Shown here: one piece after another, positions 26,683 through 39,160 of the stretch
How positions within the stretch are numbered: the stretch's first letter is position 1
How the letters are laid out: each line of letters starts with the position of its first letter
Source: Phyllosticta citribraziliensis
Lineage: Eukaryota
Assembly (NCBI RefSeq): GCF_038025025.1
Contig: NW_027117341.1
Location: 620,001-684,000 of the forward strand
Length of the DNA: 64,000 nucleotides
Reading direction: 5' to 3'
Position numbers and translations under genes: made by a program
Notes under the pieces: generated by a model
Database searches by the model: none
What the model was told of the DNA's origin: nothing
Seen by the model: only the letters and a program-made list of their open reading frames with translations

Positions 26683-27100
26683 GTGTGTGGGCTTAGGAAG
26701 GAGGAAATGGGTTGCGGCGAAGAGCAAATCATTCAAGATTATTCAGAGACGAGCCGTCAAGCAATCGAGGTTGCTCAAACCAAAGAACCAAGCACGCTCT
26801 AAATCCTAAATGAGATAGGGAGCATCAACACTCCTTAGATGAAAATGAAGCAAACATTCATTCGTACGCATGCTGAGTGATATGATCAATCTTTTCATTC
26901 TCCAATTTGTGAGCTCTTCAAAGGTCGCAAGAGTACGAAAAAGCTTTGTTATCCCAACGCCGACTAATTATTGCCTTTCATGTATACCATCAAATCAGAA
27001 ACATTTTCCCTTCCAATCCAAAAAACAATGATATCCTGATCATGAACGCCCAACCAGAGCGCCTCACTCCTCTCAAGACAAACCATGACGATTCTCCATT

Positions 27101-29378
27101 CTAATGCTTCGTCGGCACCACAGCGCGGATCCTCCTGCGATACTTTTCAGGCAACCGATAGTTGATGGGCGACTCGGAGCCCACGAAGATGAGGCCATCG
27201 TAGACGGAGCACCCAGCCAAAGCGCCCAGGCACGTGGCAATCCAGGGGCCCCAGAGCCACCACGCGCCCCACTCGGTGAACATGGGCAGCTTGTACCCGA
27301 CCATGACGCAGACGAGACGGGGGCCAAAGTCGGAGACGGGTTTGAGCGCCGCGCCCGTGTTGTAGCCTAGCGTCATTTTTTGCACCGTGATGACGAGGCC
27401 GACGATGAAGGCGTGCAGGCCAGCGCCTGGGGGATTGTTCTGGTCGTCGCCTCTGTCGGTAATTGTCAGTATGAGGCTCTATAGAGGGAAGTTGGGCGAT
27501 GACCTACAGCGAAAGGATGCACATCATCATGACAGCCGACGCCAAGAATTGTGTGAAAAATGCCGACTCCATCGACAGATAGTCTTGTGGCGATGAGTAG
27601 AATGAGCTGGCCGAGGTGACAAGACCCGGGTCCACGGAGTGTATCAAGTCATGGTAGATGGCATAGGCAAGAGCCCCGGCAACGACGCTGCCGAGAGTTT
27701 GAACGCTGGCGTAGATGCACATCTGCTTGAAGGGAAAACCGCGAAAGATCCAAAGCGCTAAGGAGATCGCCGGGTCTGAAAGACACATTAGAAACATTCC
27801 GAATTCACTGGTTGAAGACGTACTCATGTGTGCACCAGAAACACCACCTCCCAAGTAGATTCCAAAGGTGAAAGCCAAGCCCCATGCCCAACATGAGGTC
27901 TCATACGAGCCATATTGTCCGTTGGATAGATTGACTTGCAGGGTCGCACATACGCCGAAAAATATCGACACGGTTGTCTTTCAAGCAAGGGTAAGCAGAG
28001 ACACTAGCAAGTCTTTGGTCATGACTTACGCAAAGGAATTCAGCCATGGGCTCTGGATGTTTTGCTCTCAATTTGGCCCACCAATTTCTCAGCTCGTTCG
28101 GGTCCGTAGTTCCGTCCTCTGCCGCATCGGCTTCACGCTGACCGATTGGCTCCGCGTCGATAGCCCATTCGGCGTTGTCATTCTCAGCGTGTCCCAAGTT
28201 TGAGTCGTATGTTTGCATGTTGTCCGAATGAGAATGTTTTTTGGAAGATCGATCCTTGTCTTCGGGTGACTCCTTTTCTTCTGGGATTGTTTCTGCAGTC
28301 TGTGGTCTGTTACCAGGCTGTTCCTGTTTTTCGGGTGATTGTTGTGTGCTGTTTTGGGTTCCAAAAGTAACTCTGCGACCTGGATTTGGCCTCTCGATGC
28401 TGTCAGAGTCTCCGGATTTGCATCTCGATTGTTCATGGGTTAAATCTGGCTGGGGCTGGGACTGAGAGTCAGGCCGCGCATCTCTGGATGCCGTGCTTCT
28501 CGCGCTTGAACGAGGCCTCTCTTGGGTCGGTGGTCGCGAATTACCTTTTTCAAGGTCGGCCTCTTTGGCGTCTTCCTCTTGAATACGGTCTGTATTTGAC
28601 CTCCACCGAACCTTTCGAGGTAACGGCTTTCCAAGACCGAAGATCGGCTTGTCAGGACCTGCGCCATACCAGGGATTGACTTTATAGTAGTCGTCCTCGA
28701 TCTTAGGGTTGAAGCTAGCTGCCGTCGACGTACGATCTCCCATGTCTGGTCGGTCTGACCATTTCGACGCCTTGCTCGCAGTGGTCATGTAGCTGGGATA
28801 CCGAGAGCTTTTAGATCTGCCTGTGCGTATGTGAGCGGTGGTTGTTCAAGCCACTATCGACAGTCTCGTGAACTTGGAAAGAATTCGAAGCATCCAAAGA
28901 GAAATTCGACCGTACCTCCAAAGCCTGGGCGATTTGAACCTGACGAGTCGTTGGGATTCATGTTTTGAACCGCATCGTTGACTGCTTGTTGTGCTTGCTT
29001 CAGCTCCTTCATCTGCCTTTGATTCTCTTTCATCAAGTCTCGCAATTCTCCAAGCTGGTCGATGCTTTCTCCAGCGGTCGACTTTTGCTCGTCTTCCACC
29101 GGCGCCTGGCCATGATGTCTAGAAAAGTAATCCATTGAAGGTGGAGGCTCCTGGGCCTGATTAGGGGAATCGGTGTTTGAATCTTCAGTTGTAATTGTTC
29201 TGCTACTGGAAGTTTCTGGCTTAGAGTCTTCGGTAGAGTTGCTGTTGTCCGAGTCTGGACCGTCTGAGAATACTGGGCGATTTTCTGTCCAAGTCAGCTA
29301 CGCTCGACAGTTTCGCTCTGACAATGGGTTTATTGAATGAGTTTTGATGATGGACTCACCACGGTCTTGACGAGGCAT
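27101..29378 (-). CDS. Aquaglyceroporin (MIP family) with long hydrophilic N-terminus; introns approx. 29285-29359, 28821-28915, 27978-28029, 27776-27823, 27452-27506
   Basis: GGVSGAHM|NPAIS (first NPA formed across an intron), GFPFKQ, GDDQNNPP, LGYNTG..L(KPVSD)FGPRL, WGPW. Confidence 0.9.
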
Positions 29379-31284
29379 GGCTTTAGAAAGGGCCGATTTG
29401 TTGTACAGGGGTTCTCGTGGGGAAGCGACAGCGCAGCCAAAAGTTCCAACCCAAGGCGCTCCCCTCCAGCAGATATACTTTGCGATAGCATATCCATTGT
29501 TTTTGACGTCAGCATCACATAAAACGCTGTGGAATTTCAATAACGCCATCAGGTGTCCTGTGCCACCCGCATGTGGGTCCAGCCTGACGTAGATTAAGGT
29601 TCTCCCGCTGTTGTGCGTGGCACGTTTGGCGAGTGCGCCATTAAGCTGGGACGCCATGCTGGTATCTCTTTGCCAGGGAAGAATCCCATGTTGAACGCCA
29701 AGTCGAAGATCAGACACTTTGGTGGAGAAAGCGTTGCCAAGTGGCTGAGAATGCCAGAAGCACCTGCAAGGGAGGTGCAGAGCACGGATATCCAAGTTGG
29801 GTGCGTGTTCCCTTGCAATCCGTCCAAAGTATTCGGGAGAGACGGTTCCGTGCGTTCAAAGGCCATGATTCTGATCAGAGTTTGCTTTGAGCTATTTGCA
29901 AATGACTCAATGATTCAAATGCTGGTCAGAGGGCAAACGAAAATTGAGACGACGGGGATTAATGGGCGCTGTAAGCTGCAAGCAGAGTCGGCGTGCGGGC
30001 CAACGTCATGATAGGGTTTTGGGCGAGTCTCGGGAGCGAGAAGAAGCATGTCCTTGCGCATGGCTGCAGCGGAAAGGTGGAGCCTCAGAGTGGAATGCCA
30101 TGCGCCAAAACCGGATTGCCATCTCGAATTTTGCCGTCTGCAGACGAGAATTGCATGTCTCTCAGGAGAACACGAAGGCCCACCAACGTCAAACGTGGCA
30201 AATCTGCGGCCAGAGCATCGGAATGTACTACGACAATCGACGATTTGCAACGGATCAAACCGTGGACAACGGATGTTTGCTCGCAGGGACGGGTGCTGGT
30301 GCTCGACGTGTCCCTGGAAGATAGGGAACCGCGAGGTGGGACTGGATGGGGTTCTCGCGCTCGCAAGGACCAAGCAACTGATTCAAGCAGTGGGTTTCGC
30401 GCGTCGAGAGTGGGAGACGGAAAACTTGGTGGTGGAGGACGAGGGACGAGGAAGGAAACGATGGGATCCATGGGTGGCACCCGACGCCACGGCTGACGCT
30501 TGGGCCATCCATGTCTGTCAACCTCACCTCAGGTCTCGCCTTTCCTTCCTTCCTGTCCCTTCCATTCCTCAGATCCCTTGCCATCATCAACGGAACCATC
30601 TGTCCTTCTCTATCGCCCCTGGCCGTCGACGCCTTGTCCCACAGGCTCTGGTTGTTTCAAAACATTCACCGCTGCTATCCCCTCCTTGGCCCTCCCGGCA
30701 TCTCTGATTGTTTCCGTGTCGTCATGGGCCACCGCCTTCGCCTCACCCTTCGCGCATGTCGTGACGACAGTAATCCAGGACCATTGTTGACACTGCCCTC
30801 TCTTGACTACTAGATTCCAAGGGTCGTCGAGGCTTGCGGTATCCAGGCAGGCAAGCGTCCCTGAAATGTCGCGCCTGAGCAGCAACCGCCTCGTCCAGCG
30901 TACAAGTTGCATGCATACTGCGAATCTGGCGGCCGACCAGTCTTTTCCATTGCCTGAAAGAGCTAGGAAATACGGGAATATGTCTCCCAACGACAAAGTA
31001 TCAGTGGTCAGCATCACGTGTGCTAATGCGAGCGGTTACGAGAAGTCCGACGCACCTGCAACTGCGGCTGCTTCAGCAAGCCTCAACACCAAGACCCAAA
31101 CACAATTTCGCCCACTGAGAGCACCGCCTTTTGCTCCTCCAGGCAGTCATCGTCTCGTTGTATAAGAATAAGCCAAGTCTGATTCCAAATGTCGCCGTCA
31201 GTACATGCAGCACTGAGTCGCTCACATTTCATCATCTTCACATTGACTGTCACTCTTTGAAATCTTCTTCCGTCTTCTGCAAAG

Positions 31285-32592
31285 ATGCACCTCCTCTTTG
31301 GCCTGTCCACCCTCTCTCTCCTCTGCACCGCCACCCTTGCCTCTCCCTTTGCACTTGTTTCTGACCTCGACGCCATTCCCACCAATTCAAGCGACGATGC
31401 GCGTCTCAACGGAGGCCGTGGAATCCCATTCTCCGAGCCTCTGACCAAACGTGCACCTGAAGAAAGCGTCGCAGTCAACGTCGATGGCTCGACTGGCTCA
31501 GCCAACGTGACGATTGGGCCCGCACAGCCTCCAGCAGCAGCAGCCAACGCCAACAACACTGTAGCCAACAAAAACGCTGGCATTCACGGCCCCAAAGCAG
31601 CTGCCCTTGCTCTCCAAGCAAAACGCGGTGCCAGGCCCTTCTCCGACGGCATGGGCCTAATCGGCCTCAAGGAAGGCGACAACATGGCAGGACCCATGCC
31701 CCCGGGCATGGCCAACATCAATCAGGACGGTCAAGGTGAGATTGGACTGCGTCCAGGAGAGATTTCCGCAGCAGGTATTGCCACGGCCTTGGGACTTCCT
31801 GGTGGTCGCGACCACGACGACGACCGAGACAGGGACCGCGACGATAGGGACGACGACCGCGACAGAGACAGAGCCGGCCCGCCTGCACCGCCGACGCCTC
31901 CTCCTGGCCCCCGCGGCGACGTGGACAACAGGAGCGGAGCTCAAGGCGTCGGTAGCCAGCCCTTTGCCCCGTTTTCGATGCGCTACGCCGCGCCGCCGCA
32001 GCCTGAACAACCCCCGCCACAGCCACAGCAGCCTCCGCAGCGCGATCAAAGGGAAGAAGAAGAAAAGCAGCGGCAGCAACAGGAACAGGACCGACAGCGC
32101 CAGGAACAAGATCGGCAGCGGCAGGAGGAAGAACGCCAGAGACAGGACAGGGAGAGAGAGGAACAGGAAAGGCAGCGCCAGCAAGAGCAGGAAAGGCAGA
32201 AACAACAACAGGAGGACCAACAGCGTCAAGAGAGACAGCGCCAGAAATATCCGGCCATCGCCATCGGCCACGGCAACGACAACGACCGGCCGAACGAGGA
32301 CGTCAGACAGCCGCAGCCGCCGCCGCCCTCTTGGCAGCCTCCGCAGCCTCTCCCTCGTCCGGAGCGCGATATCCAGCGCGATCGCCAGATGCCCCCGCCG
32401 CCGCCGCCTCCTCCACAGGCGCAACCGCCGCCGCCACCCTCTTGGCAGCCGCCGCAGCCTTTGCCCCGTCCAGAGCGCGACATCCAGCGCGATCGCGGTG
32501 GACCGGGAGAAGCGCCGCCGCCGCCGCCGCCGCCGCCGCAACGCGCTCCGGCGTACGCAGGCGGTGGATACAGTGGGCCGGATCACCACTAG
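31285..32592 (+). CDS. Secreted Pro/Gln/Arg/Asp-rich low-complexity protein with internal repeats, unknown function
   Basis: 435-aa ORF; signal peptide MHLLFGLSTLSLLCTATLA-SP; two KR dibasic sites; duplicated C-terminal unit. Confidence 0.75.
   Translation: MHLLFGLSTLSLLCTATLASPFALVSDLDAIPTNSSDDARLNGGRGIPFSEPLTKRAPEESVAVNVDGSTGSANVTIGPAQPPAAAANANNTVANKNAGIHGPKAAALALQAKRGARPFSDGMGLIGLKEGDNMAGPMPPGMANINQDGQGEIGLRPGEISAAGIATALGLPGGRDHDDDRDRDRDDRDDDRDRDRAGPPAPPTPPPGPRGDVDNRSGAQGVGSQPFAPFSMRYAAPPQPEQPPPQPQQPPQRDQREEEEKQRQQQEQDRQRQEQDRQRQEEERQRQDREREEQERQRQQEQERQKQQQEDQQRQERQRQKYPAIAIGHGNDNDRPNEDVRQPQPPPPSWQPPQPLPRPERDIQRDRQMPPPPPPPPQAQPPPPPSWQPPQPLPRPERDIQRDRGGPGEAPPPPPPPPQRAPAYAGGGYSGPDHH
32314..32496 (+). 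repeat. Two copies of a ~72-nt coding repeat (QPPPPSWQPPQPLPRPERDIQRDR) at 32314-32385 and 32422-32496
   Basis: Direct alignment of the two copies; substitutions are synonymous, plus one extra Pro codon in copy 2. Confidence 0.9.
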
Positions 32593-33485
32593 ACCAAACA
32601 CCTACGTGTGGCTCTTTCTATCGATGTGGGTTGGGGGTCGCAGGTGGTTAGTGTAGCAGTCGCAAATCTATCTTCCTTTTTTCAAGAGAGCTGTGAAATT
32701 TCAACTGCTTTGCAAACAGCAATGCCCGCGGTCTCTGTCTTGAATGCTGGTTTACTGAACCCCTACCTCACCCCTGCCTGACTTGAAAGCAGCTCAACAC
32801 CATTGACTGGTCGGAAAAAGAGGACCAGCCATGTCATCTTGTGGCTGATGTGTGGCGGGTTAATGTGCGAGGTGGGTTGGTTGAGTACATAGGTAAATGC
32901 GTATAGACCATGTGTGTACTGGCTGGTGAGATTGGGGAAAGGCAGGCTCCATGTGGCCCGGCCTACGCTTACAAGGAGGATCCGTGGCCTTCTATAGACA
33001 GGATTGGGGAAGCGTCCTACATGTCGACAAATTACATGTACAACGGGGCTCCGTCGCAAATGCACATGCTTCGCTGTGCAGGACCACCGAGGTTTCAACA
33101 ATCCCACATCGCCAGTCCATGGGACTGTAACAACATTGGATTTGGAGACTAGCTTCTCCACTCTGCGGTATTAGGAAGACATATGCTCCCATTGAATCCA
33201 GACATAACTTTTGTCAAACTCCATGATGGCTGGTGAGAGCCGACACCAGCATGTCCTCTGCAAATCCGGCAGGACATATCGACAACAAAAGCAAGACTCC
33301 TTAACTCCCCTCCGTAGATTGGCCTGCTGGTATAAATGCGATAACGCCGGGAGAAAGACGTTCGCGGGCAGTTGTCCCGACTTAGGCCACGCTTCCGCCC
33401 CTCGTGCGCTTGCCGCCGCGCGGAGTCTCGATTTCGCCCTGTGTGCACAAAAAGTTTAGTGGCACCATCACCAGCGACGTGTCGT

Positions 33486-34602
33486 TCAGGAGACAAGGCT
33501 GACCCTGGTGCGCTTGCGGCCGGACCTGGGCGCGTCGGTGCTTATGCCAGCCAGGACCTGGGGGGCTGAGGAGCTGGGAGCGGCGTCGTCGGCCGTGGTG
33601 GTGCGGGCAGAGCGCTTCTCTCTTGCGTCCAGGACGAGCGACAGCACGTCGAAACCGAACTGCGGGTACTCGAGACACATGGCGCGGAACTCGGCCTCGG
33701 CCGCGTGGCGGAGGACGTGGGAGCGCGTCGCCCAGAAGGCCGCCACCGGCTTGCGGATGGTCGCGTCCGTGGGCGACGTCTCGGCGTAGACGAAGCGTGC
33801 GTATGCGATCTCGCCCTTGGCCGTGCTGCTCGTGCGGTGGATTTTGCCGTGCGCAAGCGACTTAAGCTCGGGCAGGCCAAACCGGTCGGCAAGTGCGTAC
33901 ACGCGTGCGTGCTTGAGCAGTGCAACGCCTTCATTGTCGGGCTCTGGAACAGTGGGATCGTCTTCGAGCGGTGAGTCTTTGGAATCGCTTGTGCGCTTCG
34001 GGAAGTAGTCTCCGTGATACAAAAACTCCAAAAGTGAGCCGGTTGCCTCGAGATCTTCGTTAGGGAGATCAATTCTTCGGGGCTAAATCATGAGCGATAC
34101 GTGAGCAAGAATCGTGCCAGATTTGGAATGGTGTGCTTTTCGTACAGTGGCTTCGTTGAACTCCGCAACTCTCTCGTTAAAGAAGGGCGACTTGGTGAGC
34201 AGAGCCTGGTGCGCCGTGAGCTGCGTCTGGGCCTCGCCTTGGCCGACCATGATCTCGACAATTGGGCTCTTGAGGTAGCTGTGTGACGAGTAAGCTCGTG
34301 TTCATCCAGATCTCCAGCGCAAGACGGGTCTGGACAACTGGCGCCGCGCAGGCGGTGCGCCAGTTTCCCCGGGTTTCTTACTCCAAGAATCGAATAATCT
34401 CAGGCGCCTCTGGCTTGACATCTGGAAGCATCGAAGCGTCCTCGCCCTCACCCTCACCTTCCCCAGCACCAGTTGTAGGCTCGTTGCTCACTTCGGCTGG
34501 CGTGCCCTCAGCGGGCGTCTCCTCAGCACCGTCCATCTCCACGTCTCCGGCAGGCGTGCCCTCTGCGGGCGTCTCTTCCGCACGCAGTTTAGAGTCCGCC
34601 AT
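33486..34602 (-). CDS. BTB/POZ-domain protein; introns 34279-34381 and 34084-34145
   Basis: SPIVEIMVG...LTAHQALLTKSPFF...IDLPNED...LEFLYHGDY and LLKHARVYALADRF are fungal BTB motifs. Confidence 0.85.
34495..34581 (-). repeat. Tandem coding duplication AEETPAEGTPA x2 in the BTB protein N-terminus
   Basis: Seen in the translation of 34378..34602(-). Confidence 0.8.
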
Positions 34603-35136
34603 TGTATCTTTGCTCTTTTATCCGGTTTTGAGGTGTTGCTCGCGCGGATTGAAGGTGGGTGAAACGCGACGAGGACGCGATGTGGGAAGACGCGTCAACA
34701 ATTTGGCGGCCAGTGAGCGTCGAAAATGTTTTCGTAGGAGTCAATTGATTGTGCCCAGTTCATCCGATGCCTGGGACAGACTTGTAAGAGCAGATGAAAA
34801 GACCGTGGTTGGTGGTGTGGAGGTGAGGTTGGGAGCAGGGTAAAGTTCTGGGTCCAAGCTTCACGCGCGCGAGCGCTCTTTCCCGACTGCGCGTGTCAAG
34901 GTGACGAGTCTTGGCAAAATTTGTACTTCACCCACTCTTGAGCCAAAGAGCTGATTGTCCCTGAGGAGCCAGTCGTATTTGTCATATTCTTAAATGTGTG
35001 CATTATCAAAAGAGTCTAGTAATAGCTAGTGCTCGCCCAGAAGCAGTTGCATCTGCCAATGGCTTAATCCAGAACGCCCGGTGGAATAGGTATTTCCTTT
35101 TGCAAGATACGCTGATGCGCCAGCCCGATGCTCAAA

Positions 35137-36490
35137 TCAGATTCGACCACCGTACTCTCTGAACCTCTCGCCAGTCGAGGGGATAGGTTTCTCGGCCCTC
35201 AATAGCCACAAAAACCAGTCCTCGAGAGGCAGGAAAACATAAAAGATCTTATTACAGGAATACGCAATGAAGACGTAGCACGCTGATACAAGCGCGTCCA
35301 TGATGTAGTGGTTCGCCGTGGCGACGATGACTGTCAGAATGAAGACGGGGTAGGCGAGTCCGACGAAAAGATAGAAAAGCTTCCAGAACGGACCCTTGCG
35401 CATCTCTCCACGCTCGAGGGTGCGTCGAAAGAGTCCGGAGTGGTAGACGAGCGTCAAGCCAATGCAAAAGGCATAGCCGAAATGCATCGACGGCATGGCA
35501 GCCAAAGAGTTGACGTACTTGCCACTCATCCAGACTGATTCGGCGTCGTCGTGGCGTACTGTGTCCAGAAATCCGTACTCCTTGGGAAGAAGGCGCGGAG
35601 GCATGCACGGATAAAAGATGAAGGTCAGGAAGGCGAGGAAGTTGGTCAAGGTCATGGTACGGCGGGCCACAGCGAAGGTAGGATGGGATGGCGCAATGTA
35701 GTAGTACCAGCAAATGAATCTGCAATACGATCAGAGACGAACGTTGCTCAAAGACGAAGTTGTCCTTACCCTACGGTTCCGGGGATATGAATGAGAGCGT
35801 ATGCCTTGTTCAGAAACGTCAGAGCATCCTGGTGGCCGCGCATGAACCACTGCTGAACCTGCCGCTCCTGGACGGGAAACAGGAAGCTCAGCCAGCTGAG
35901 ATGCTCCACTTCCAGAACCTTGATGCCATGCGCTTGGGCGACATTCCAGATACCAGTCTTGGCAAAGATTCGCTGCGAAGTGATTGCGGTCATGCGGTAA
36001 AAGGCGTAATTGATGATCCAGTAGAACATTTCAATCAAAAAGGGAAATTTTTGCAAGATGCGGCTGTGGAAGTTGTTCTTAAAGCGCGAGGTATTGGGCG
36101 TTTGCACGACGAAGCCGAAGCAGCACTTGCGCTGCTTGGGCATGTGTTTGGACGCAGCGATGGGGTCTTGCGCATCGTCCTCGTTCTCGGAATCGTAGTG
36201 CAGGAGACTGTCGCTCGAGAGGTCCGATCCAGGCTCATCGTCCAAAATGGTCTTGTGCCGGTTTCTCGACTGGCGGAATACGGAGTAGTCTCTTCGTCGG
36301 GTCATGTACATTGCGCCGAACAGGATCGAGGCCACCATCTACCAAATTGTTAGCCTTTGGCCCCCTATTGCGCAAGGCTTTTCAGCGTTCGTCGTACCAC
36401 TGGCTCCGCCCAGCCTGGCAGAACCCATGCCGGCTTGCTATTCCATACAGGATCCTCTACGGGATATGTGATGGTGTCTGGCTTCCCCAT
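35137..36490 (-). CDS. PAP2-superfamily integral membrane protein related to inositolphosphoceramide synthase/inositol phosphotransferase (Aur1/Ipt1-like paralogue); introns 36339-36397 and 35720-35769
   Basis: YPCMPPRLL, AAMPSMHFGY and ATANHYIMD catalytic-type motifs; several TM segments. Confidence 0.8.
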
Positions 36491-37348
36491 ATTCGCCTGA
36501 TGGGCTTGGGCGCGCGCTCGCGGCTGCGAATCCGGAGGTATCCGGAGTGGAGGCGGGCAGCTCGGTGGTTGAGGTCCGAGGATCGAGGGTTCGCGACGAC
36601 GTTGTGGTAGAGAGGGGCACTGGCAGCCTCTGGTGGCTCTACAGGCACAGTCGAAGTGGGCGAGGGGAAGGCGGATTGGAGTGTTCTTGACATGGACAAG
36701 AGTGCACGAGGAGGAGTTCCCTTTTGGAGCCTGGCTGGCCGGAGTCGACGGACGATGCATCCGGTCGGCAGGGATACGCGCGTGCTGACGGTCCAAGACG
36801 GACAATGCCATCTCGGGGACGGAATCTTTACCGGGCGCCTTGGCCCCCAGATGCCAAGCAACACCAACAATCCAACGCCTGTAACTGTCGTCTGCCAAGC
36901 GCAGGCTAGATGCTCTAGCAACTTGTCGCGTCCTGGTCGGCCATGTCTAGCAAGCCTCGCGAGCTAGCCGTTGGCCGGACCCTCTGCTGGGCGACCAAAG
37001 GTCAACACAACCCTGCTCCAGGGCCAGTCGCCCCAATTTGGCTTTCCAGGCACAGGGCAGCGAGGCTGTACAGTGCACCCAGCGTCAGGGAGGCATCCAT
37101 GTCACGGACCGCTGAGAAAACAGTGCCATCGTTGCGGCTGCTCTGCCACCCTTAGGTCCAATCTTGGCTGCCTATGTCCATGAGTATAAATACAGCCAAC
37201 TCCAAAATACCTGTTCAACGCTGCACAATTTGGCCCTTGGCAATGCTGAAATGCGCCATGATATCCCCACTGAGCTTTTCCTTTCGTATAACGTAAATCG
37301 TTCCCACCTTCTACGCCTGCGCCCGCCGGAGCTGGAGATGCCAAATAG

Positions 37349-37368
37349 GAAAAAAAAAAAAAAAAAAA
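37349..37368. repeat. Poly(A/T) run of about 20 nt just downstream of the C2H2 gene
   Basis: Directly visible. Confidence 0.9.
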
Positions 37369-37404
37369 ACCACACAAAAGCATATCAGTATGGCGAAATC
37401 AACA

Positions 37405-38302
37405 TTAGGAAAGATGGTCAGAATGCTTGTTCTTTACATGGCGCTGTAGGTTGTCTTTCCTGGAAAAAACCAAATCGCACGAGTCGACTGGACAAGGATG
37501 CTTTCTCGGTCCTTTCGAGTGGGTACTCTCGTGTCGTCTGAGATCTTTGGGATAAACAAAGCTCAAATCGCAGTATGCGTAGTTACACTTGTGCGGTCGG
37601 TCTGAGGCTGAGGTGTGGGATGTCTTGAAATGACGACTGGGGACATTGGTTAGCAAGAGCGAGGATATCAAGGGCGGACAACCGTGTTTGTCACTTACTC
37701 CAGGTCACACTGTCGGTCAAAAACGCTGTCACAGTCGCTGAAGCTACACGGGAACCCGTTTGTGTTGCGTCTCAGCCGCTGCTTCTTCGCCAGAGGAGCC
37801 ACAGGCGGCTCTTCGAGCCCAAACCCAAAACCGGGGTTGTACGTGTCCGAGTTCCAAGCGATCATGGCCTCGTCGTCAATTCCACTCATTGAACCTGATT
37901 GCCGAGATATTCTCGCCATTGACGCTGGGTATGGGGAAGGCTCGGCCACGTGTGGTACTTGGCTAATCGAAGGAGCGAGCTGCATGGCATCTCGAGGCCA
38001 TTCGGGGTGTTCGAGGAAGTCAGCCGCCCTAAGAACGCTTTCTATGCCTGATGAAGGCTGGCCAAGGTCAGATGGTGAACGCTACTGGGAAGACATGGAC
38101 ATACCAAGGCTCGTTGTATTCCATGTGCGCATAGAACATCTAGCCCGCAGATGGTGCAGAACGACAGCAGGCCGTCGGGGTCTCCATAAGGAGGGCCTGT
38201 CGAAGAGTCAAAGGCAAATGGGTCGAAGGGATAGTCCGGAGAGGCTTGGGCGGCATCTGCTAAGAGAGCAAAGAGCAAGAGGGCGAACAGCAGATTTGGC
38301 AT
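37405..38302 (-). CDS. Three-finger C2H2 zinc-finger protein (probable transcription factor); introns 38058-38104 and 37637-37698; start uncertain
   Basis: FPCSFSDCDSVFDRQCDLDRHFKTSH, HKCNYAYCDLSFVYPKDLRRHESTH, HPCPVDSCDLVFSRKDNLQRHVKNKH; basic KKQRLRR just before the fingers. Confidence 0.8.
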
Positions 38303-39160
38303 GGCGGACCCGCCGTTGGCGACGATGTTTGTTCGACAGAGGAAGGTTCAACGAGGAGGTAGAGCCGCAGCAGGAGAATGTGTTGCAACAGTACGAGGAC
38401 GTGCCGGGCGCCAGGTTGTAACGAGATGTCCAGAGCGCAGTGCTTGGTGTGGCATGGCCATGTTGGCTGGAGTCGGTTTAAAAGTACCAGTAACGGCGGC
38501 CTCTGACACCCGTGACTTGTAAGTGAGGCGCAGCGCAAAGATGACGGCAATGCAGCATGTTGGATATTCTGAAGGAAACGTTTGTCAATGGTATCGATAG
38601 CTGGTCAGAATCTTCGGTGAGATGAAGACGTGAAGTGTGTGTTGATAAAGCAGAATTTGAGGCATGTTCAGTGTTGTTGGGACTGACGGAGCCGCAACGG
38701 TGGGAAGCTGATTCCGAGCGAGAGAGAAGCGAGGACTGCCGGCTGGGTAGCCAGAGATGAGATTGAGGTCGGCAGAAGATGTGACTGTCTGGAGCTCAGG
38801 ATTCGTGGGCTCGGAATGCAATCAGTATGAATTGCGGCATTGACATGCGGTGATGGAGACGGTTGGAGTTTGTCGTGAGCCCAGTTGAAGGTCGAGTAGC
38901 GGCATTGCGTCATGGGGGAGAGACCCTTTGCCGGACCGGGAAGTGCCTCGAGCCTCCCGCCGGCGTCCTTGTCAGCCGCGGTAGCCCATCGGCTTCAGAT
39001 GCCGACTAGACTGTTTCGACTCGCTCTCCATCCCATCCAGATCACCAAGCTTTTTCCACATCGCCTTGGTCGCTCGACTTGGTGCCGCATTGGTGTCGCC
39101 CCTCGCCCTTGTCATGATATACTTATAGACCCCGCAATCACCGCTCCGCTCGCTCCCACA

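Noticed and set aside
29400..31280. Many 100-200 aa ORFs and a CTGAGA word reminiscent of a TPP riboswitch
   Set aside because: ORFs lack protein-like features; the remaining TPP aptamer core is missing; consistent with a divergent promoter region
31657..32656. Long Arg-rich overlapping ORFs in other frames
   Set aside because: By-products of the CCG/CAG repeats of the secreted protein gene
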